Positions 39,367 to 47,830 of a stretch of 64,000 bases of DNA are shown piece after piece. The notes under the pieces were generated by a model. That model had not been told where the DNA came from and ran no database searches. It was given only the letters and a program-made list of their open reading frames with translations. The stretch comes from Acidobacteriota bacterium (GTDB taxonomy: Bacteria; Acidobacteriota; UBA890; WLXD01): NCBI GenBank assembly GCA_965248695.1, contig CBDFKD010000001.1, forward strand, positions 32,001-96,000, given 5' to 3'. The translations under genes and the position numbers were made by a program. The first letter of the stretch is position 1; each line of letters starts with the position of its first letter.

Positions 39367-39386
39367 CGTCCCGAGATCTCGGGACG
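39367..39386. promoter_or_regulatory. Perfect 20-bp palindrome, candidate response-regulator operator
   Basis: CGTCCCGAGATCTCGGGACG; related copy TCACGAGGATTCGGGA at 35900-35915. Confidence 0.55.
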
Positions 39387-39503
39387 CGATGATCCGTCCG
39401 CGGCACCTAGCGTCGTCTTCAGCGATTCGTCTCACTCGCTGAATCGTGAAGTCGTTGTGCGCTCGTAGGCTTCGCGTGCCATTCGCCGACACGGACCACG
39501 GAG

Positions 39504-40172
39504 ATGACGATGCACTGCTGGTGGAAGATCCGGATCATCGCGTACGCAAACCACCAATTCCATACCGGCGCGACCGCCCGTTGCACCGCGATCGTGCTAG
39601 CGCTAGTGATAGCAGGCACGGGCATGGCGTTGCTCGGGCGCGTCGAGGCCTCGGCGCGCCCCGCACCCGAGCCCCGTGCTAGCGCCGGTAGCGTGAAGAG
39701 CACCGGGTTCAGTGCCATGCAGATCTATGCAATCAACGGCACTGTCGCCGCAAACAAGCTTCCGGTGGTTTCAGCGTTGCTGTACCCGCCGGCGGCCAAG
39801 GCGAACGCGCGGTTCGATGTCCGGGTCTCGGCGATTGTCTCGGACGACAACCAGGATCCCCCAAAGAAAGGGTTCGGGAAGCTGGAGGTGACCCTCTACG
39901 CGGTTGATCGCAACGGTGGGGAAAAGAAAGTGGCCACCAAGCGGGCCAAACGGAAGGCGAGCACGGGCAGCGCCGCGGTTGCTTTCACCAAGATGAAAGC
40001 GCCTGGCAGCCACTATCGAGCCGAGGCCAAACCGGTAGGAGGCACCGTCGAGGGCGGGGGATTCACGATCATCGGGAGCGTCGGCGTTTCGGGTGGTGTC
40101 CGGGCGGCACGACGTGTCGCGGCTGGAGAAGCTGCGCCCGGCGCGCGCCAATCGCGCGCGGTAGGCCAGTGA
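39504..40172 (+). CDS. Secreted Lys-rich hypothetical protein (array member 1)
   Basis: GGAG RBS, hydrophobic AIVLALVIAG segment, motifs shared with three downstream paralogs. Confidence 0.75.
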   Translation: MTMHCWWKIRIIAYANHQFHTGATARCTAIVLALVIAGTGMALLGRVEASARPAPEPRASAGSVKSTGFSAMQIYAINGTVAANKLPVVSALLYPPAAKANARFDVRVSAIVSDDNQDPPKKGFGKLEVTLYAVDRNGGEKKVATKRAKRKASTGSAAVAFTKMKAPGSHYRAEAKPVGGTVEGGGFTIIGSVGVSGGVRAARRVAAGEAAPGARQSRAVGQ

Positions 40173-40966
40173 GCGGCGTGGGTTCGGTCGTTCGCGCGGT
40201 TGCCCCCGCCGGACGCTCCGGTGGGGACGCGGCGTCCCGCCGCCCGTGCAAACGAATCGCCGCGGCTGTCGGCATCGTCCTCGTGGTTCAGCCGCTAGTG
40301 GCCTGTACCCTAATTTTCTCGGTGGAGAAGTCTCCATTTCTCCATACGATTTGTGTCGCGATGCGGATCGCGACCGGAGAACCTCAGTCACACGCTGATC
40401 GCGCATGCTCACAAGGCGATTTCCGTGTTCGTCAGAGATGGATCGAGCTGCCACTAGCGAATCTCGGGGTGGGCGCAACCAGCTTCGGCACCATCACGAT
40501 GGAAGGATTCCAGGTGAAGGGCACGGTGCCGGGCAGCAAGCTGCCCGAGTGGTCCCGGGCCGCGTACCCCGACCTCGCGACTCGCCGCGCTTCTCGGAGT
40601 GCGGCGAACCACGACATCGTGGTGGCTGTGCTTGTCCTCGACGACGACCTGAACCCCGCAGCGGATGCCTTTGCTACCGCGAAGGCAACGGTGTACTCGG
40701 TCGACCGCAAAGGGAAGAAAAAGAAGCTCGCTAGCAAGACGGGAGCGGCTACACAGGATGAGGGCGGTGCGGTGATCCCGTTCTCCCGACTCAAGACGCC
40801 TGCAAGCCACTACCTGGTCGAGGTTCAAACGGCCAAAGGCAAGGTGGTCAACGCGAGCGTGCTCTTCATGGCGTTGGTTACCCAAGCGGGGGCGACGGAC
40901 GGGTTGCGTGGAGTCGTCGGCGGCCTACGACGCGCTCGAGCGCTGGCTTCGCAGTTCGTCGACTAG
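40169..40966 (+). CDS. Hypothetical protein (array member 2) carrying a 53-codon in-frame insertion
   Basis: GTGA overlap with member 1; GTVPGSKLP, VLDDDLNP, TVYSVDRKG, SHYLVEV align to member 1. Confidence 0.75.
   Translation: MSGVGSVVRAVAPAGRSGGDAASRRPCKRIAAAVGIVLVVQPLVACTLIFSVEKSPFLHTICVAMRIATGEPQSHADRACSQGDFRVRQRWIELPLANLGVGATSFGTITMEGFQVKGTVPGSKLPEWSRAAYPDLATRRASRSAANHDIVVAVLVLDDDLNPAADAFATAKATVYSVDRKGKKKKLASKTGAATQDEGGAVIPFSRLKTPASHYLVEVQTAKGKVVNASVLFMALVTQAGATDGLRGVVGGLRRARALASQFVD
40299..40453. mobile_element. CTAG-flanked 155-bp insertion (MITE/IS relic) inside a gene
   Basis: CTAG-TGGCCTGTA...GCCA-CTAG; left end identical to the 57853 element for 13 bp including CTAG; removal restores VQPLANLGVG. 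Confidence 0.7.
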
Positions 40967-41019
40967 ATGCGTAGATCGAGACCCACGCGCCGGCGCCACC
41001 AGGGCGGCGGAGGCGGGCA

Positions 41020-41279
41020 AGGGACCGACCGGTGCCAAGGTGACTCTCTACGACGTCAACGCCAAAGGGGCACGTAGGAAGATCGCCACCAAGCAGGCCA
41101 AAGTCGACAGCGGTGGCGCGTCGGTCGAGTTCGCTCAACTGTCGGCTCCGTCGCATCACCACCAGGTACAGATATCGCCCAACGGACCGAACGCCTCGAC
41201 AGGCTACCTAATCTACCTTGCAGGCGAGGGCACCGACGACGCGTTGACTCGACTCGCCAGCAGGCCGAGTAGACGGTAG
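41020..41279 (+). pseudogene. 5'-truncated paralog (array member 3)
   Basis: KVTLYDVNAKGARRKIATKQAKVDSGGASVEFAQLSAPSHH aligns to members 1 and 2; no credible start. Confidence 0.7.
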
Positions 41280-41344
41280 CCGTCCGCCGTAGCGTTTGCC
41301 CGTTGGCAGCGACCGGCGGGCGCGAGGGCTGCCGTCGCTGCCCC

Positions 41345-41555
41345 CCCGACGCCGGCGGCGCCGTTATCATCTTCTCGCGCCTCAAAGTGCCGTCGAGCCA
41401 TTACCTGGTAGAGGTCGAAACGGCGAACGGCCAAGTGGCCAACGCCAACATCCTCTACGGCGATGGTGGCCCAAGCGGGCGCGGCGGACGGGCTGCGCGT
41501 CGCCATCGTTGCCTTACGGCATCGCCGGGTGCTGGCCGAGCAACTCGTGGAGTAG
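41345..41555 (+). pseudogene. 5'-truncated, frameshifted paralog (array member 4)
   Basis: GGAVIIFSRLKVPSSHYLVEVETANG, then after a 2-nt loss near 41459 AMVAQAGAADGLRVAIVALRHRRVLAEQLVE*, matching the member 2 C-terminus. Confidence 0.75.
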
Positions 41556-41835
41556 AGCTGCATCTGAACTCCGGCAGCCTCTCCGGGTCACAAGGCCCAC
41601 TACCCACTACCCGATATCGGGGTCTTGTACTTGATGCACGTGCCCGCCGCCGGCAGGCCACCCGTCTTGCGCGACAGCGGAGCTCCAGTTCAAGGGCGCG
41701 GGTATCGCGTTCTTCTCGACGCTGTCGTTCGAGATCGAGTGCCCAAAGGGCGGCTAATTGTGCGACCGGGAATAGCGTGCCGTCGACCCAGGAGGGTTGC
41801 CGCTGCCGCTGCGAAGCGCGTAGCCTCTTGCCACG

Positions 41836-43620
41836 ATGGCCTCTGCGACGACGAACCGGTATCTGATAGTTGCCGCGCTGGTCATGACCTTGGCCTCCAG
41901 TGCCGCTTCCAGCGGCGCCCCAGAGGCGCGGCTGCGGTATGTCACCACGGCAAGGCAGCTCGGCCCCGTCGCGTACCGTGACCCGCTGGGGGTGCCATCG
42001 CCCGATGGGCGGTGGTTGGCGACACATGTCGGGTTGCGGCTGCGCGTCGAGCCTCTGGCTGGTGGGCCGGTGCGCGAGCTCGGTGACGGTCGGCGCCGCC
42101 GACTTCATCTGGCCTGGCGGCCCGACTCGCAAACACTGGTGGCGCGTGAGGCGGACCGCGAGCGCACCTGGTTCGATTGGAGCGAATACGACGTCGAGAG
42201 CGGCATGCGAAACCGGCTCTGGCCGGCGCTCGGCTCGTTGCGCCCGCCGGACGGGGAGGCGGCTGAGCGCCGGGATCTGTTGGAGGTCGCGTTCGCTGCC
42301 GATGGCTCCGTCGCCGGTCTGGTCGCGCGCGACACGGGGCGGCAGCTGTGGATCTTCGATGCGACTGGGTCGGTCCTGGAGACAGTCGGCGATCCCGGAA
42401 TGCTGAGCAACATTGCATGGAAGCCTGATGGCGGCGTGGCCTGCCTCGACGCGGATGGCGCCCGACCTCTGCTGAGCCTGGATTGCGGTCGTTCTCCGGG
42501 GTTGCTGGATCTCGGCGAGGTCCGCGGTCCGGTGGCCTTTGACGGTGACGACGGCGTGTTCGTCGGACGACCGAACGACCGGGGTACGCTCGACCTGTGG
42601 CGCCTCGATTTGGCGTCCGGCGCAGCCGAGCAGATCAGTCAGTTTACGCGCGACACCTACGCACCCTACGCGCTGCCGAATGGACGCCTGCTGTTCAAGC
42701 TGCAGGAGTACGCCGTCACCATCGCCCGCGTGGCGGCGGCCGGTGGTACCCCTCTTCCGGTCACGACCTTCCAATCGGAGACGCCGTCGTGGGACTGGAC
42801 CGGCGAACACATCGCCTTCACGTACGGCAGCTGGCGCCGTGTCGTCGACGATGTGCACTACCCCGATATCGCGCAGCACGTCGGCACGGTGCGGGTCGCC
42901 GACGGCGTTGCCGATGAGCCACAGGAGGTGGTGCGTAGCTCCTACTCCGAGGACCAGGGCATGCACTGGTCACCGAACGGCCGCTGGATCGCGCTGCATT
43001 CGCACGCCGACGGCACCGACGACATCTGGTTGCAGCCGGCCGACGGCTCAGCCGCGGCGGTGCCGATCACCGGCGGCGGCAACGAGACCGGTTGGCCGCG
43101 CTTCTCGCCGGACGGCAGATGGATCGTCTACTCCACCGACCGACGCGGGGCCGGTGAGCATCACGGCGTACTGCAGCTGGTCGGTTTCGACCAGGAGACC
43201 GGCGAAATTACGTATCCGCAGCGCGACATCGAGCTCACCGATTTCGATGGCTTGGCGGGGTTCGCAGAGTTCGGCGCCGACTCACGCACGATTTTCTTCG
43301 AGGGCATGCACGGGGTCGGAGAGCGCGCCGTGTGGAAGGTCGACCGGGACGGCGGCCGGCCGGAGCTGGTGCACCGCTATGGCAGCGAGCAGTGGGCCAC
43401 GGGAATCTCGGTGTCGCCGGATAGCGACTGGGTCGCCTATATCGCCCCCGCCGCCGACGGCCGCATGCAGCTGTTCAGAGTGCCCTCCACCGGAGGCGAT
43501 CCGGTGCAGATCACCTTCGATCCGAGTGACAAGACCCATCCGTCGTGGTCGCCGCGCGGCGACCAGATTGCCTTCACGGTCTTCCGCTACCTGGCGCACT
43601 TTTGGCTCCTGGAGCCCTAG
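41836..43620 (+). CDS. Secreted TolB-like/PD40 beta-propeller protein
   Basis: Signal peptide; repeats WSPNGRWIA, FSPDGRWIVY, VSPDSDWVAY, WSPRGDQIAF. Confidence 0.85.
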   Translation: MASATTNRYLIVAALVMTLASSAASSGAPEARLRYVTTARQLGPVAYRDPLGVPSPDGRWLATHVGLRLRVEPLAGGPVRELGDGRRRRLHLAWRPDSQTLVAREADRERTWFDWSEYDVESGMRNRLWPALGSLRPPDGEAAERRDLLEVAFAADGSVAGLVARDTGRQLWIFDATGSVLETVGDPGMLSNIAWKPDGGVACLDADGARPLLSLDCGRSPGLLDLGEVRGPVAFDGDDGVFVGRPNDRGTLDLWRLDLASGAAEQISQFTRDTYAPYALPNGRLLFKLQEYAVTIARVAAAGGTPLPVTTFQSETPSWDWTGEHIAFTYGSWRRVVDDVHYPDIAQHVGTVRVADGVADEPQEVVRSSYSEDQGMHWSPNGRWIALHSHADGTDDIWLQPADGSAAAVPITGGGNETGWPRFSPDGRWIVYSTDRRGAGEHHGVLQLVGFDQETGEITYPQRDIELTDFDGLAGFAEFGADSRTIFFEGMHGVGERAVWKVDRDGGRPELVHRYGSEQWATGISVSPDSDWVAYIAPAADGRMQLFRVPSTGGDPVQITFDPSDKTHPSWSPRGDQIAFTVFRYLAHFWLLEP

Positions 43621-43891
43621 CAGGCCGTGGTGAAAGTGTGGTGGGTCTGGCGACAGGGTCTTGCGAGGCGCAGGCCAGGAGAGAGGAGGAGGCGATGGTT
43701 ACCCCATCGTTGACGACGAACGACGCAGCATACACGCGCAATCCCCAGTCGCCCAAAGGGTTACGGCGATTTGGGGCCATCTGCGGCGTTGGCCTTCCTC
43801 GACGATGGCTAGGGCATCGGGTGCGTCAGGCCGCCTTGCATCTGGCCCCAACTCGCCGTAACCAGACCCACCACACTTTCACCACGGCGTG
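43621..43891. mobile_element. MITE type A, copy 1 (271 bp)
   Basis: 30-bp TIR CAGGCCGTGGTGAAAGTGTGGTGGGTCTGG (29/30), CTAG on both sides, sits on the TAG stop of the upstream gene. Confidence 0.9.
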
Positions 43892-43895
43892 CTAG

Positions 43896-43912
43896 CGGCC
43901 TGTTACAGGCGA
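43896..43912. repeat. Collapsed 17-bp MITE relic (type B ends)
   Basis: CTAG-CGGCCTGTTACAGGCGA-CTAG resembles fused ends TGGCCTGT.../...TACAGGCCA of the 57853 element. Confidence 0.6.
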
Positions 43913-44011
43913 CTAGAATACGCCCGCCCGTCGCGGCGTCGCCCCTTGGATCGCCTCGCTCGCCCCGGCGGGAGGGGGTAGCATCCAGCGGAACTTCGAC
44001 CGGGAGGCAGG

Positions 44012-44668
44012 ATGTCGGATAAGCGGGTTTTCAGGTTCGATGGCGAGCAGGCGGACGTGCTGTGGGACGGCCGCCTGTGCATTCACGTGGGCGAGTGCAC
44101 CCGGTCACGCGACGAGCTGTTCGTCAGCGGGCGCAAGCCGTGGTGCGAGCCCGATCTTGCGGACGCCGACGATGTGGTAGGGGTGGTTCAACGCTGCCCG
44201 ACCGGGGCGCTCGCGTACGAGCGCAAGGACGGCGGGGCGGAGGAGAGTGCGCCGACGACGAACGAGATCACCGTGGCGAACAACGGACCCCTGTACGCGA
44301 CCGGCGATCTGGAGGTGGACGGGGCGGCCGACGACATGCCGGGCGTGCGCTTCCGGGTGGCGCTCTGTCGATGTGGCGCCTCGGCCAACAAGCCATTCTG
44401 TGACAATTCTCACGAGGCAGTGGAGTTCCGTGATCGCGGTGCGGTGGGGCAGAGCGGCGAGGCGGCGCTGGAGTCCAGCGGCGGCCCGCTGACGGTAAAG
44501 CGGATCGAGAACGGCCCGCTGATCGTCACCGGCAACTTCTCGATCCGCGCCGCGTCGGGACGGGAAAGCTGGCGCGGAACGCGGGCGGCCATGTGCCGTT
44601 GCGGTGAATCCAACAACAAGCCCTTCTGCGACGGCACCCACAAGCAAACGGGGTTCGAGGCGGACTAG
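44012..44668 (+). CDS. CDGSH iron-sulfur domain protein with N-terminal divergent 4Fe-4S domain
   Basis: LCIHVGEC...RCPTGAL; LCRCGASANKPFCDNSH and MCRCGESNNKPFCDGTH. Confidence 0.92.
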   Translation: MSDKRVFRFDGEQADVLWDGRLCIHVGECTRSRDELFVSGRKPWCEPDLADADDVVGVVQRCPTGALAYERKDGGAEESAPTTNEITVANNGPLYATGDLEVDGAADDMPGVRFRVALCRCGASANKPFCDNSHEAVEFRDRGAVGQSGEAALESSGGPLTVKRIENGPLIVTGNFSIRAASGRESWRGTRAAMCRCGESNNKPFCDGTHKQTGFEAD

Positions 44669-44702
44669 TGCTCCGTACTCATGATCAGGAGCACTGGCGA
44701 CA

Positions 44703-47033
44703 GTGACTCTGCAGATCGGCGGTCTGTTCGTACTGCTCGCGGTGATGGTCTACCTGTTTCTCACCGAGAGGTTGCCGGTCGATCTGACCGCGTTTCTGGG
44801 TCTCGTGGTGCTGATCTTCGCCGGCTACGTGACCGCCGACGAGGCGTTCCAAGGATTCTCGTCGCCGGCCGTGATCACCATGCTGTCGGTGTTCATCGTC
44901 GGCGCCGCCCTGCTGGAGACCGGGGTTGCCGACCTCATCGGGGATCGTCTCTATCGGCTCGTGGGCGACAGTGAGACTCGGCTGCTGGTGACCTTGATGC
45001 TGGTCGCCGGCGTGCTGTCCGCCTTCATGAACAACATCGCAGCGACGGCCGTGCTCATGCCCGCGGTCGCCGCCGTGGCGCCGCGCGCTGGGCTGGCTCC
45101 TTCCCGCTTGTTCATGCCGCTTGCCTTCGGTGCAATCCTGGGCGGGACGACCACGCTGGTGGGTACGCCCCCGAACATCGTCGCCGCGCAGATGATGGCG
45201 GATCGCGGGCTGGAGCCCTTCCAGCTGTTCGATTTCACTCCGGTGGGCCTGGCGATCATGGCGCTCGGCGTGGTGTTCATGCTGACCGTGGGCAAGCGCC
45301 TGCTCCCCGCCGACACCGGCCGCGGGCCGGCGGCACCGGAAGGCGAGGATCTGAGTCAGATCTACCAGCTCGAGGATCGCCTCTTCTCGCTCCAGCTCCC
45401 TGCCAGCACCGCCCTCGATGGTCGAACGCTGGCAGAGACGCGGCTCGGCAACACCCTGGGCTTCAAGGTGGTGTCAATCCAGCGCGGCGATGAGCAGCTG
45501 GTGCCTGACGGCGCCACGCGCTTGCGGGGCGGCGACGTATTGATCGTCGACGGAGAGGTCTCCAACGTGCGCGAGTTTCTGGAGATGGAGCAACTCGACG
45601 TGCACCCGATGAAAATGGACGGGCTGCCACGCGTGTCGCCGGACGTCAACGGCATCCGTGTCGCCGTCGAGACCGGGGGCTCGCTGGCCGGCAGCACATT
45701 GCGCCAGCTCGCCTTCCGCGGACGGTTCGGCGTCGTGGTGCTGGCGATCCGCCATCGAGGGCAGCTGTATACCGATCATCTGGCGGAGCAGACCTTGCGT
45801 CTGGGCGATGAGGTGCTGGCGATCGGGAGGGACGAGGACCTTGAGCGGTTCGCCTCGGAGCCTGGGTGGTCGGTGGTCGAGACCGGGGTCTCGGCGGTGG
45901 CCGACTTGCAGGAACGGCTCTGTGTCATCGAGGTCCCGCCGGGCTCGGGCCTGGTGGATTCGACTATCTCCGCCAGCCGGTTGAGCGAGATTGTTGGGCT
46001 CACGGTTGCCGGCGTCATCCGAGATGAGGAAACCCGGCTGATGATCTCGCCGAGCGACACTATCCGCGCCGGCGATCGCCTGCTACTGGCCGCGGATCCG
46101 CAAGCTGTGGTGGCGCTGGCAGATGCCGGCGAGGTCGAGATCGGCCCGCTGGTCGGTCGTGAGCTGCTGGAATCGGATCAGGCCGCCATGGTCGAGGCGG
46201 CGGTTGCGCCGCGGTCGGCGGCCGACGGCCGCACCCTCGAGGAGCTCGAGTTCCAGCATCGCCACGGGCTGCTGGCGCTGGCGCTGTGGCGCGAGGGGCA
46301 TCCGATCCACGCGGATCTGGCCCGCGTACCGCTGCGTTTCGGCGACGCGCTGCTGTTGCACGGGCCGCCGGACAAGATCACCCGGCTCGCCTCTGAGCCC
46401 GATTTCGTCGTGCTGTCGGCGACCGAACGCGCCATCCGACGCACCGCCAAGGCGCCGCTGGCGTTGGGTGGGCTGCTGCTGATGATCGTACTCGTAGCGA
46501 CCGGACTGCAGCCGATCCATGTGGCCGCCTTCACGGCTGCTTCGCTGGTGCTTCTCGCCGGAGCGTTGACCATGCGCGAGGCGTACCGCGCTATCGAGTG
46601 GCGGGCTATCTTCCTGGTAGCCGCCGTGCTGCCGGTGGGCTTTGCCATGGAACGGTCTGGTGCTGCCGGCTTTCTCGCCGACTCGGTGGTGTCGACGGCG
46701 GGATCGCTCGGGCCTCACGCGGTGCTGGCGGCCCTCATCGTTCTGGCCAGCCTGCTCAGTCAGGGTCTCGACGGCGCCCCAGCGGTCGTATTGATGGCCC
46801 CGGTCGTGTTCGAGATGGCGGGCCGACTGCAGCTCAGCCCCTACCCGCTGATGATGGGAGTCAGCCTGGCTGCTTCGGCGGCGTTCATGACGCCGTTCAG
46901 CCACAAGGCGAACTTGCTGGTAATGGGTGCGGGTGGTTATCGCTCGAGGGACTACCTGCGGGTCGGCACGCCGCTGACGCTGATACTGCTGGTCCTGTTG
47001 GTCCTGCTCGTGCCGGTCTTCTTTCCCTTCTGA
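44703..47033 (+). CDS. SLC13/DASS family permease with tandem TrkA-C domains
   Basis: SAFMNNIA, GGTTTLVGTPPN, repeated TrkA-C units, FMTPFSHKAN...GGY...DY. Confidence 0.9.
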   Translation: MTLQIGGLFVLLAVMVYLFLTERLPVDLTAFLGLVVLIFAGYVTADEAFQGFSSPAVITMLSVFIVGAALLETGVADLIGDRLYRLVGDSETRLLVTLMLVAGVLSAFMNNIAATAVLMPAVAAVAPRAGLAPSRLFMPLAFGAILGGTTTLVGTPPNIVAAQMMADRGLEPFQLFDFTPVGLAIMALGVVFMLTVGKRLLPADTGRGPAAPEGEDLSQIYQLEDRLFSLQLPASTALDGRTLAETRLGNTLGFKVVSIQRGDEQLVPDGATRLRGGDVLIVDGEVSNVREFLEMEQLDVHPMKMDGLPRVSPDVNGIRVAVETGGSLAGSTLRQLAFRGRFGVVVLAIRHRGQLYTDHLAEQTLRLGDEVLAIGRDEDLERFASEPGWSVVETGVSAVADLQERLCVIEVPPGSGLVDSTISASRLSEIVGLTVAGVIRDEETRLMISPSDTIRAGDRLLLAADPQAVVALADAGEVEIGPLVGRELLESDQAAMVEAAVAPRSAADGRTLEELEFQHRHGLLALALWREGHPIHADLARVPLRFGDALLLHGPPDKITRLASEPDFVVLSATERAIRRTAKAPLALGGLLLMIVLVATGLQPIHVAAFTAASLVLLAGALTMREAYRAIEWRAIFLVAAVLPVGFAMERSGAAGFLADSVVSTAGSLGPHAVLAALIVLASLLSQGLDGAPAVVLMAPVVFEMAGRLQLSPYPLMMGVSLAASAAFMTPFSHKANLLVMGAGGYRSRDYLRVGTPLTLILLVLLVLLVPVFFPF

Positions 47034-47045
47034 GCGCGTTGTCGC

Positions 47046-47615
47046 CTACTGACGGATGATCCCGCAGGCGATTCGTCCACCGCCGGCGCAGCCGGCTTCC
47101 TCGCCGTCCGGACAGTAGCTGTCCGGATCGGTGTGCACGATGAAGGCGCTCGACGCTTTGCCGTTGGGTTTGAAGATGCTCAGCGGCCCGGCGCTCAGCG
47201 TGACGCGGGTCGTCTGAGTATTGAGCAGACCGAGGCCGCCGTCGTTGGCGTCGATGTTCTCCAGGTCGCCCATGTGGAAGGGATGGTTGCCGTCCGGGCT
47301 GGAGTTGGACTCCGGGCCGGGATCGAAGTGTCCCTCGGCAGCCGTACACGGCTTGCAGGCGTTGGTCTCGTGGATATGGACCGCGTGCTTGCCCGCGGGG
47401 AGGCCGCCCATCTTCAGGCGGACGGTGACCAGCTTCACGCCCTCCTTGCTCTTCTTCTCGCGCAAGACGGCCTCTCCCCAGATGTCGGGGTCGTCACAAC
47501 CTGAAAGGGTGGCGGTGGCGCGACGTTGCTGGGCGCTGGCTGATTCCGCCGAGAGACCCACGACGGCCAGGGCTGCGATCGAGACGATTAACGTCGAGCT
47601 GGTTGCGCTGCGCAT
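47046..47615 (-). CDS. sodC: Periplasmic Cu/Zn superoxide dismutase
   Basis: Signal peptide; HAVHIHE, GHFDP, HPFHMGDLENI, FIVH, GGRIACG. Confidence 0.9.
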   Translation of the reverse strand: MRSATSSTLIVSIAALAVVGLSAESASAQQRRATATLSGCDDPDIWGEAVLREKKSKEGVKLVTVRLKMGGLPAGKHAVHIHETNACKPCTAAEGHFDPGPESNSSPDGNHPFHMGDLENIDANDGGLGLLNTQTTRVTLSAGPLSIFKPNGKASSAFIVHTDPDSYCPDGEEAGCAGGGRIACGIIRQ

Positions 47616-47830
47616 TGCACGCGTCCTCCGGCTGGGATATTGAGTTGAGCCGCGAAGAGTACGGGACGGGCGCGCCGATTGTCGATAGCGACGGCGCCGC
47701 TCCCCCGGTGCCTGCCATCGGCCGGTTGCTTGTCCCGGACGCTGCGGTGAGAATCGATCCCAGCGCTCGCTCGATGCGTCCGGCGAGCGTGGTTCTTTTC
47801 GCGCCTGACGACGCTGCCGGGAGCTCGACG

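Noticed and set aside
41560-41760. Coding-like fragment ATAELQFKGAGIAFFSTLSFEIECPKGG*
   Set aside because: No start, upstream in-frame stop, and no visible similarity to the array paralogs
43545-43895. ORFs spanning the MITEs (also 54120-54749 and 57866-58126)
   Set aside because: Fortuitous frames across palindromic non-coding elements with no transposase motifs
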